The notes under the pieces are model-generated. The model saw only the letters and a list, made by a program, of their open reading frames with translations. It was not told where the DNA came from and did not search any database. The position numbers and the translations under genes were made by a program. A DNA stretch of 10,840 nt from an uncultured delta proteobacterium (GTDB taxonomy: Bacteria; Desulfobacterota; Binatia; DP-6), in assembly GCA_963815115.1 (NCBI GenBank), contig CAWFFN010000011.1:1-10840 (forward strand), in the 5' to 3' direction. Below, piece after piece: positions 1 to 7,015 of the stretch (the stretch's first letter is position 1; each line of letters begins with the position of its first letter).

Positions 1-80
1 AGCGGGCTCTTCGAGGACGGACGCCGGTGCCAGCCTGCCCGTTCGGGGCCTCCGGCAGCCTCGTTACGCTCCGGCAGCCG

Positions 81-1211
81 ATGCCCGACCTCCCCGCTCA
101 TCCGCCGTCCGAGCCGAGTCAGCCGCTCCGGAGCTATGAGGAGTTCCTCGAGGACATCAAGGCGCGGATCCGAACCGCCCAGGCGCGGGCCGCGCGGGCG
201 ATCAACGCTGAGCTGGTCGAGGTGTACTGGCAGATCGGCCGGGAGATCCTTCGCCGTCAGGCCGAGGAGGGCCCGGAGCGCGGCCGTCGCACCCCCGGCG
301 TGATCCAGCGCCTCTCGGCCGATCTTCGCGCCGCGTTTCCCGGTGCCCGCGGATACTCTGTGCCGAGCCTGTACCGCATGCGAGCGCTCGCGGCGGCGTG
401 GCCCGAAGGTCTCTCAGACCGGATGAGAGACCTTCCGTGGGGTCATATCGTGACGATCACGGCCAAGGCGACGGAGGACGCGCGGGACTGGTACGCCGAG
501 CGAGCCGCAGCCTGGTCCCAGGAGCAGCTCGAGGCCGCGATCGGGACGCGGCTGCACCAGCGCCAGGCGGCCGCGATCACCAACTTCGGGCGGACGCTCG
601 AGGCGGGCGACGCCGCGGCCGTGCAGCGAATCACTCGCGACCCTCTGATCCTGGACTTCGTCGAGCTGGCCGAGAGCGCCAGGGAGCGCGACCTGGAGGC
701 CGCGCTGCTGAGCGACATCGAACGGTTCATGCTCGCCCTCGGCGAGGGCTTCTACTTCGCCGGGCGCCAGCGGTCGCTGCAGGTCGGCGGCGAGGAGTTC
801 GTCCTCGACCTGCTGTTCTACCACCACCCGACACGCCGCTTCGTCGTCATCGACCTGAAGGTCGGCCCGTTCCGCGCGGAGTTCGCCGGCAAGATGAACC
901 TCTACGTCAACGCCGTCAACGAGCTCATCGCCCACGACACCGACCGGGCGACGGTCGGGTTCATCCTCTGCACCGACCGCGACAAGACCGTCGCGCAGCT
1001 CACGCTGCAGGGCATCGCGACGCCGATCGCGATCACCCGCTACACGATCGGCAAGCAAGGAGTCGAGATGACCGGCGAGGAGGCCGAGATCACCGAAGGC
1101 ATCGACGAGGAGATGGAGTCGATGCGCCGCGTCGAGCAGCGAGTCGCTGAGTTCGCCGCGCGCCGAGCGAGCGAGCTCGCCCACGGCACCGGCTCGCGCG
1201 ACCGGCCCTGA
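81..1211 (+). CDS. YhcG/DUF1016 family PD-(D/E)XK nuclease domain protein
   Basis: N-terminal DUF1016 helix 'LEDIKARIRTAQARAARAINAELVEVYWQIGREI', 'LPWGH', 'RDPLILDF', 'ERDLEAALLSDIERFMLALGEGFYFAGRQ', and nuclease core 'LDLLFYH...FVVIDLKVGPF...GKMNLY...VGFILC'. ATG at 81 preferred over GTG at 27. Confidence 0.93.
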   Translation: MPDLPAHPPSEPSQPLRSYEEFLEDIKARIRTAQARAARAINAELVEVYWQIGREILRRQAEEGPERGRRTPGVIQRLSADLRAAFPGARGYSVPSLYRMRALAAAWPEGLSDRMRDLPWGHIVTITAKATEDARDWYAERAAAWSQEQLEAAIGTRLHQRQAAAITNFGRTLEAGDAAAVQRITRDPLILDFVELAESARERDLEAALLSDIERFMLALGEGFYFAGRQRSLQVGGEEFVLDLLFYHHPTRRFVVIDLKVGPFRAEFAGKMNLYVNAVNELIAHDTDRATVGFILCTDRDKTVAQLTLQGIATPIAITRYTIGKQGVEMTGEEAEITEGIDEEMESMRRVEQRVAEFAARRASELAHGTGSRDRP

Positions 1212-1245
1212 CCAGCGCCCGCGCGACTCGCTCCGGCTGAAGCGT

Positions 1246-1837
1246 TCACGCGCCGGCCAGGAACGCCGGGCGCTTCGACAGGCCCGCGGCAACCCGCAGC
1301 GCCGGCACGAGACGGTCAAGCGAGACGATCAGTACCCCGCCCTCGGTCCGCTCCAGACCTCTGGCCCGCACGACGCACAGGACCGGGAGCGCCCCGCGCC
1401 GGCACCAGCGCCGCCGGCGGCGGTGAAGCCACAGCGCCATCTCTCGCACGCCCGCTAGGTGACGCGCATCGAACGTTCGGGCACTTTGTTTCGATTGCGA
1501 ACGCGACGCCGCTGGGTGCGATCGCGATCGAGTCGATGTCTCCTGGCCGGCGCCACGGCAGCGAGTGTCGCAGCCGCCAGCCTTCACCCTCGAGCCGCGC
1601 GAGCGCGCGCTGGACCTCGTCCTCCGACTGGGCGCCGACTCGGCTGCGGCCGGCAAGCGCCAGCCAGCGACGCGCGCGTATACCCAGTGCCCCCGCGGCC
1701 AAGAGCAGCAACCCGTCCAGGGTCACGGCCCCGGCGCCGGCGGCGAGCAGCCCCAGCATCGCTACGGCTGCGCACCCCGCCGAGGCCATCACTGCACGCA
1801 TCAGCCGCCGGTACTGTTGCCGGTGGGCGAAATTCAC
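1246..1837 (-). pseudogene. NERD (nuclease-related domain) membrane-anchored protein with a +1 frameshift near 1481-1484
   Basis: Two hydrophobic helices followed by NERD motifs 'GAQSEDEV...WRLRHSL...GDIDSIAIAPSGVAFAIETK' in ORF 1316..2116. The natural continuation 'ARTFDARHL...ALPVLCVVR...VLIVSLDRLVPAL' lies in ORF 1246..1656. Minus strand reads AAG-T-GCC-CGA-ACG-TTC, i.e. one extra base. Start GTG 1837 (VNFAHRQQYRRL) is assumed; the frame is open to 2116. Confidence 0.8.
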
Positions 1838-2116
1838 GCTGCGCCCCGGCCGAAACGCCGGACTACCCAGCATAGAGATCCTCGTCGATCGTGGCGCGCG
1901 GTCGCCGACAGCGAGCAGGCGCTCCTCGAGCGCGAGCTTCCGCCGGCGGATCGTCTCGATCCGCTTGTCCAGCTCGACCGGGAGATGATCGCCCCACCCG
2001 AGCGCGTACAGCCGCAACTCCGTGGCCTCGAGATCCTCGAGCGCCTCCCACGGCCGGCCCGGGTCCGCGACATCGACGTCCGCGATCCGGCTGCGAGTGG
2101 GGGAGGGCTCTGGCAT
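1838..2116 (-). CDS. Hypothetical helical peptide in frame with the NERD gene (N-terminal extension, or a separate gene that lost its stop)
   Basis: ATG at 2116; protein-like charged helical segment 'PWEALEDLEATELRLYALGWGDHLPVELDKRIETIRRRKLALEERLL'. Confidence 0.4.
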
Positions 2117-2335
2117 CGCCTTCAGGTTGGTCGCCGTGCTGGATCGTGAACGCCTGTTTCCGAGATGGTCTCAGGCATGCTGGACGGAACCTGTCCGACA
2201 CCGGAAGCCAGAACGTTCGTGCTGAAGCGAGGCGTCGCGGTGACCGGATCGAGCGGGCACTTCGATCTCTTCGTTGCCCGGGCCCAGTACTGCGCTCCTT
2301 ACGAGCACGCGCAGCCACGCGTGATCGGCCGGATT

Positions 2336-2419
2336 GAGACGACGCTGCAAGCAGGCACGACGCTGTCCCAGCAGCCACGCTGGTCCCAGTTCCGCGCGCC
2401 CTGCTCGCAGCTTCGTCTC
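2336..2419. repeat. 84-bp imperfect palindrome just downstream of the recombinase
   Basis: GAGACGACGCTGCAAGCAGG (2336-2355) versus CCTGCTCGCAGCTTCGTCTC (2400-2419): 18/20 complementary. Confidence 0.8.
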
Positions 2420-2432
2420 CCAGTGTTCGGTG

Positions 2433-3137
2433 TCAGGATATGGTGTCCAGACCGGCGCTGGCCGGAAGCACCGGAGCCGGCCGACGGTAGACGGTATCGA
2501 CGATCTCCGAGCTGTCTATCCCCTGGAGGTAGACGCTGGTGATCCCGAGGTTGCTATTCCCCAGCTGGCGCTGGATGACGACCAGCGGGACGCCTTCGTG
2601 CGCCATCTCGATAGCGTGCGCATGTCTCATCTGATGAGGCGCGAAGCGGCGTCGCACGCCGGCGTTGACGGCGATTCGCTTGAGCTGTTTGCGGGCGGCG
2701 GAAGCCTCCCAGCGCCTCCCGGCCGTCGGTCCGTGGATCACGCACAGCAGCGTGCCGGGCGGGAGGCCGGCCCGGATCTCGATCCATGGCTCGAGCCGGG
2801 ACCAGGCCCAGCGGTCCAATCCGACCTCGCGGCGCTTGCCGCCTTTGCCGCGGCGGATCGTGATCTTGCCGTTCGGGCGGTCGAGATCGGTCTCGGCGAG
2901 ATCGAGCGCCTCGCTGATCCGCAGCCCGGCTCGCCAGAGGAGCACGATCAGCGCCCGTAGCCTGGCGCCGTCGCTGTTCTCGCCGGTGGCGCGCATAACG
3001 GCGATGATCTCCTCGACGGTCGGCGGGTCGGGCGGAAACCGCAGACCTTTGTTACGGGGCTGCCTCCCCTTGTGGTAGCCAGGCATCGTGACCGGCGACC
3101 GGCGATGACCGGCGGCGTTGAGAGCGATGTCTTCCAT
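2433..3137 (-). CDS. Tyrosine recombinase/integrase (short, catalytic domain only)
   Basis: Motifs 'LLWRAGLRISEALDL' (R), 'RRGKGGK' (K), 'PHQMRHAHA' (HxxR), 'IQRQLGNSNLGITSVY' (Y). AGGAGG RBS at 3144-3149, 6 nt from ATG 3137. Confidence 0.93.
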   Translation of the reverse strand: MEDIALNAAGHRRSPVTMPGYHKGRQPRNKGLRFPPDPPTVEEIIAVMRATGENSDGARLRALIVLLWRAGLRISEALDLAETDLDRPNGKITIRRGKGGKRREVGLDRWAWSRLEPWIEIRAGLPPGTLLCVIHGPTAGRRWEASAARKQLKRIAVNAGVRRRFAPHQMRHAHAIEMAHEGVPLVVIQRQLGNSNLGITSVYLQGIDSSEIVDTVYRRPAPVLPASAGLDTIS

Positions 3138-3153
3138 CACTCACCTCCTATAT

Positions 3154-3219
3154 GGACGTTGAGCTCGGCAGCCGGGAAAAGCACCGTGCGTGCTCGCCCG
3201 CGGCCGAGCAGGGTCGTCC
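3154..3219. repeat. 66-bp imperfect palindrome immediately upstream of the recombinase RBS
   Basis: Nested pairs GGACG/CGTCC, GCTCGGC/GCCGAGC, CGGG/CCCG, AGCAC/GTGCT with internal bulges. Confidence 0.7.
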
Positions 3220-3307
3220 CACGGTCTCGCAACCGGGCCGCAAAGTGGGTTATCTCGATCGTCTGACCGAGCGTTGGGGCCCGGTCAGTCCGGCGTAGGA
3301 TTGCCCG

Positions 3308-3712
3308 GTGTCGTTTGCGCACTATCCACCGGTCGACCAGCCGGGAGCCGAGCGGCTGCGGGCAGCGACCGTGGCGTGGGCGCCGCTGCTGGGCGAGCTG
3401 CACGCCGTCGGCCTGCGACCGTATCTCGAGCTCGAGCATGGCAATCGCGACGATGCGCTGCGGCTGTACTGCGAGGTCGACGGGGACCTGTTGCTCGACG
3501 CGTCGATCTGCGATGAAGGGCTCCCAGACACCCCTCCGGCGGCGCTCGACGACGACTGGACGGCGTTCGTCCAGAGCCCCCACAGCACTGAGCGCTACCT
3601 GGCCGACGTGATCATCGAGCTGCCGCTGACCTTCACGCTGCTGGCGGCGAAACTGCGCGACCTGGTCGACGCGGTCAGCGCCGGCGAACGGCCAGTGCGG
3701 ACGACCTGGTAG
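3308..3712 (+). CDS. Hypothetical protein (134 aa)
   Basis: Acidic globular composition, G/C-ending codons, GTG start preceded by AGGA at 3297-3300; no family recognised. Confidence 0.75.
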   Translation: MSFAHYPPVDQPGAERLRAATVAWAPLLGELHAVGLRPYLELEHGNRDDALRLYCEVDGDLLLDASICDEGLPDTPPAALDDDWTAFVQSPHSTERYLADVIIELPLTFTLLAAKLRDLVDAVSAGERPVRTTW

Positions 3713-3729
3713 CTACAAGCCGCTCAAGG

Positions 3730-3762
3730 CGGATCGCATCTGCTGTCAGATCCTGCGATCCG
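3730..3762 (+). terminator. Stem-loop after the hypothetical gene (possible terminator)
   Basis: CGGATCGCA...TGCGATCCG 9-bp arms with an inner TCTG/CAGA pair, 17 nt after the stop codon; no U-tract. Confidence 0.4.
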
Positions 3763-4125
3763 GCCGGGTGCCAGAGCGCCGGGGCTGAGGACCGTGGGGG
3801 AGGCCGAGGGCGTGAGGTCAGAGGCGGACGACGGTGGGGGAGATCACCGTCGGCGCCTGTCGTAGTCGGAGCGTGACGATGATCTCGTCGATGTGGATCC
3901 CCTCCAGGCAGACCGTGCGCGCTTCCCCTTCGGCGGGATCGCTAGCAGCAACCTTGCAAGCACGACGCCCGTCAAAAGGACGCGCCTCTGGCAGGCCGGG
4001 GTAAGCGGCGCCCGGCGGCGAGAGTTGCGCAAGGCACGCAGCACGGCGCACGCCAGGTGCTACGCGCGCCACGCAAAGTTGGGAAAGCACGTCTGGGCCG
4101 ACGTCTGGGCGTCTGCCTTGCAGTC

Positions 4126-4970
4126 GTCGGATAGGCCCGAGCGCATTGCTGCGCTCGGGCCCTCCTAGGAACCCGGCGTGCGACTTTCACCGCACCGGGC
4201 TCGAGCAAGCCGTTGAGATCCGTTGGCGTGGCGCCGTACGATCCGCTCGTCGAGGAGCGTTTCGTCCGCGGGTCCGTTCACCGCGACGTGTGTCGTGGCG
4301 TCTAACTTGTCCGTTGGTTCGGGCGTCATCGTCATCTTCTTCTCGCTGGCTCACCTGACCACGTCAGCGCCCTTGCGGGCCGGACCACCCGGGTCCGTAT
4401 CCGGCCGGTTGTGCGCGACCGCCAGCTGGAGGGGCTGGCACCTGGTCCCGGTTTCCCGTTGCGTTTCCGCTGCCGGCAATTCGCTTCTTGGTCATCCGAT
4501 TCCCGCCGGGGAGTTGGGCTCTCCTCACGGTCGGCTTACCGGACCTGAGTCCGGACCTCGACGGGGTTACCGCGTTCCGCACGTACGAGCTGCGAGCGGG
4601 GTGGGCGCCCTCTGTGCCCCGGGGACGACGGTGCTCCTCCCGGTCTGAGGCGCGTTCTCAGCCGGCGCCTGCCGCATCACAGCGGCCGTCCCTGCACCCC
4701 GCCACGACATCCCATCTCGCGGGGCTCTGCTTCACGAGGCATCAAACGAGGGTTCACAAAGTTCGCCCGTCCGCTCTTCCCCTCGCCTGTAGCGCCCGGA
4801 TGGAACGGGCGCCCTTGGGCTTCCCCCCGAGCTTCGCACCCCGCCGTTACCAGCGACGCACGTCGAGGGCGGGGACAGGCCATTGAGCACGGACCTGGAA
4901 CTACTCGATCACATCAAACTGATCCTCCAATCCGGGTAGTTCACTCGTGTCGTGCGACATCGCGTCGCAC
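4126..4970 (-). mobile_element. ORF-less group II intron (IIB / chloroplast-like class probable), 845 nt
   Basis: Minus strand starts GTGCGACGCG at 4970. Domain V GAGCCCGGTGCGGTGAAAGTCGCACGCCGGGTTC (4202-4169) has the AGC triad and GAAA loop. Domain VI GGAGGGCCCGAGCGCA-GCAA-TGCGCTCGGGCCT-A-TCC has a bulged A at 4132, and the intron ends GAC at 4126. EBS1 CGCGC (4654-4650) lies in the loop of CTGAG-AACGCGC-CTCAG, and EBS2 GGCAGG (4673-4668) is just upstream; both match the 5' exon CCTGCT-AC-GCGCG. Confidence 0.95.
4204..4335 (-). pseudogene. Remnant of the intron-encoded RT/maturase ORF (start and end fused by internal deletion)
   Basis: Domain IV position translates MTMTPEPTDKLDATTHVAVNGPADETLLD-ERIVRRHANGSQRLA running into domain V; this resembles, from memory, the first and last residues of actinobacterial intron RTs. 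No RT motifs (YADD) remain. Confidence 0.65.
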
Positions 4971-4990
4971 CGCGCGTAGCAGGTCTGAGC

Positions 4991-5045
4991 GGCTCGGCGA
5001 GCCGAGACTTGCTTTCGAATTTTGCGGGTCTCGGCAGCGCGAGCC
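4991..5045. repeat. 55-bp imperfect palindrome next to the intron 5' exon
   Basis: GGCTCG/CGAGCC outer arms and GCCGAGAC (5001-5008)/GTCTCGGC (5028-5035) inner arms around an AT-rich loop. Confidence 0.75.
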
Positions 5046-5064
5046 CTGCATTCACGAAAACGCG

Positions 5065-5334
5065 CTACTCCAGGTCGGCGGCATCGACGACGACCGCGCG
5101 GATGACGAAACGAGCCCCGCAGGTGGCGAGAACCAGGGCCCGGCCGGATTTGGCCGTGAGACCTCTCGGGAGATGAATGCGGGGCCCCGGACGGGTCTGC
5201 GGCGCCGGGTCCACGTGCCCGCGCCCGAACAAAAGCAGGGCGTTCGGGCCGGGCGTGACGACGACGTCCGGTCCGACGGCGTGGCGAGACGCGCTGCTGG
5301 CGAGAACGAGGGAACTTAAGATTTCGGCCGACAC
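5065..5334 (-). CDS. Possible small hypothetical protein (89 aa) or gene remnant
   Basis: The 3' part of ORF 5065..5727 is protein-like ('DVVVTPGPNALLLFGRG...ALVLATCGARFVIRAVVVDAADLE'); the 5' part overlaps palindromic DNA and looks non-coding. Confidence 0.35.
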   Translation of the reverse strand: MSAEILSSLVLASSASRHAVGPDVVVTPGPNALLLFGRGHVDPAPQTRPGPRIHLPRGLTAKSGRALVLATCGARFVIRAVVVDAADLE

Positions 5335-5762
5335 ACCTCTCGGCGAATCGAAGCGGGGCTGGGAGTCGGCGTTAGCGCGAGCCGTCGCGCGTACCCGCCG
5401 CGGAGCGAAAGCAGGTGCTTCCGCGCGACGATCATGACGGTCGGCGCGCTGACGATGCCGAGAGACTCGCCGATGGCGATTTGCAAGACCGCTCAGCCGC
5501 GCCGGCGAAGTCCTGCTTCGTTGCTGCCACGGGTATTTCGTGCCCGAGCGAACTCTTCCGCATCCCGCGGGAGCATCAGTCGCTCGGCATCGGGTCTGCT
5601 TCTGTTGGTCGTCCGTTCCGAGCATGCTGGAATCGATCGCGAGGCGCTTGCCCCGCGGGAATGCGGCACTCCACCGGGCCACACTGGCGGCCGTCGCCTG
5701 AACCTCGTGGGCGACGTCCGGCAGCACCGGGCACTACCCAACCCGAGCGTCGTCGGCGGTTG

Positions 5763-6821
5763 TTACGTACGCGAGAAGCGCGCCGCGGCGGCGGCGCGCG
5801 CGGACTTCCCGGACAGCCGCAGCTTCGCGTAGACGTTCGAGAGGTGGCGCTCCACTGTCCGGGTGCTTAGGAACAGCCGCTCTGCGATCTGCTCGTTGCT
5901 CATCCCGGCGGCCACAAGTTCGAGCACTTCGCGCTCGCGCTCGCTCAGCTCGGAGAGATCCGCGGCCACGGCAGGTGTTCGCTCGTCGTCGCCCAAGAAG
6001 GCGCGCACCTCGGCAAGAAATGCCTCCCAGGCCGGTTCGCCTTGCTGCAGGATGTGGTTGTCGGACTCGAGCGTCACGAAGCGAGCGTCCGGCAGGAGGG
6101 ATGCCAGGCGCCGCCCCTCCTCGTAAGGCACCGCCCGGTCGTGGCGCGCATGGAGAACGAGCGCCGGCTGGGTGATGCGGCGCGCCGTGTCGGTGATGTC
6201 GAGTTGCGTATTCGACAGCCACAGCCGTGCGGCCATCTCCCCGCTGCTGGAGGCCTGCTGCATGTCGTCATACCAACGCTTTTGCTCCTCGCCTGCGCTG
6301 GGGATGAAGAACGAGCTGAACACCTGTCGGAAGGCGGGCACCGCGCCGCCCCAGCCAACTCGCATCAAGTCGATCAGCAGCCGCGACTGCTCCGTCTCTC
6401 TCTCGCCGCGTTTGTAGCGCCCGCGCGTGTAGGTTCCGTAGAGGAGGAGATGGCTCACGCGCCCGGGGTTTCTGACGGCGTACTCGATCGCTGTCGGCCC
6501 GCCGCCCGAGACGCCGAATAGAGCGAAGCGCTCGAGTTCCGCGGCGTCCACCACGGCGGCCAGATCGCCGACGTAGGTGTCTAGCGTCGGTGTGCCGTCG
6601 AACTGCCGGTCCGAGAGCCCGCAGCCGCGCTCGTCGTAGCGAATTAGCGCGTGCCCTCGGCTCAGCTCGGTGACCCAGTGCCGCCAGACCGGGCTCTGCC
6701 GGTCGTAGTCGAGATGGGTCATCCAGTTGCCGGCCTTGACGAGCGGTGAGCCCTGACCGTCGATCGCGTATGCGAGGCCCACGCCGTCTGGCGCGGTGCA
6801 AAAGCGAGTCTCGTGCTTCAA
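5763..6821 (-). CDS. Alpha/beta-hydrolase fold + C-terminal LuxR HTH transcriptional regulator
   Basis: 'RYDERGCGLS', nucleophile elbow 'GVSGGG', 'HARHDRAVP', 'SDNHIL', then LuxR HTH 'LSEREREVLELVAAGMSNEQIAERLFLSTRTVERHLSNVYAKL'. TTG start at 6821 (or 6824) assumed. Confidence 0.93.
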   Translation of the reverse strand: MKHETRFCTAPDGVGLAYAIDGQGSPLVKAGNWMTHLDYDRQSPVWRHWVTELSRGHALIRYDERGCGLSDRQFDGTPTLDTYVGDLAAVVDAAELERFALFGVSGGGPTAIEYAVRNPGRVSHLLLYGTYTRGRYKRGERETEQSRLLIDLMRVGWGGAVPAFRQVFSSFFIPSAGEEQKRWYDDMQQASSSGEMAARLWLSNTQLDITDTARRITQPALVLHARHDRAVPYEEGRRLASLLPDARFVTLESDNHILQQGEPAWEAFLAEVRAFLGDDERTPAVAADLSELSEREREVLELVAAGMSNEQIAERLFLSTRTVERHLSNVYAKLRLSGKSARAAAAARFSRT

Positions 6822-6902
6822 CAAGACGATCGTACGCCCGGCAGATCGCGGCCCCTGCCTCGAGCTGTAGGTGGTTCGGGGCAACCCGGGCTGTCGCGAC
6901 CG

Positions 6903-6945
6903 GTACGTGCATCCCGCCACACGTCCCACCCGGATTTGGGTAGTG
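6903..6945 (+). promoter_or_regulatory. Candidate operator upstream of the OsmC operon
   Basis: GTACGT-N5-CCGCC-N17-TTGGGTAGTG; a second copy (N13 spacer) lies on the minus strand at 5770-5732. Confidence 0.45.
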
Positions 6946-7015
6946 GCGCCGATGTTGCGCAGGCGGCTTGGGAGGACGCTTCCACCAACACCACAACGAC
7001 CGAGGAGGTCTCCCA

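Noticed and set aside
398-1319. Long alternative and antisense ORFs over DUF1016 (and similar ones over other genes)
   Set aside because: Typical stop-poor shadow frames of high-GC coding DNA.
2165-2542. 125-aa plus-strand ORF
   Set aside because: Overlaps the 84-bp palindrome and the recombinase 3' end antisense; no recognisable motif.
4089-4115. Tandem ACGTCTGGGC x2 (plus GTCTG) as a CRISPR or tandem array
   Set aside because: Only two 10-bp units with a 2-bp gap, forming the apex of the intron-target palindrome; no spacers or cas genes.
4223-4886. ORFs inside the intron span
   Set aside because: Translations of structured ribozyme RNA with no RT or endonuclease motifs.
4060-5051. Host gene reconstituted by intron splicing
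   Set aside because: Joining the exons gives only a ~48-codon ORF or low-complexity frames; the target appears non-coding and palindromic.
2336-5666. Canonical integron (IntI + attC)
   Set aside because: The palindromes lack RYYYAAC...GTTRRRY ends and the recombinase lacks the length and insertion typical of IntI; only an analogous system is proposed.
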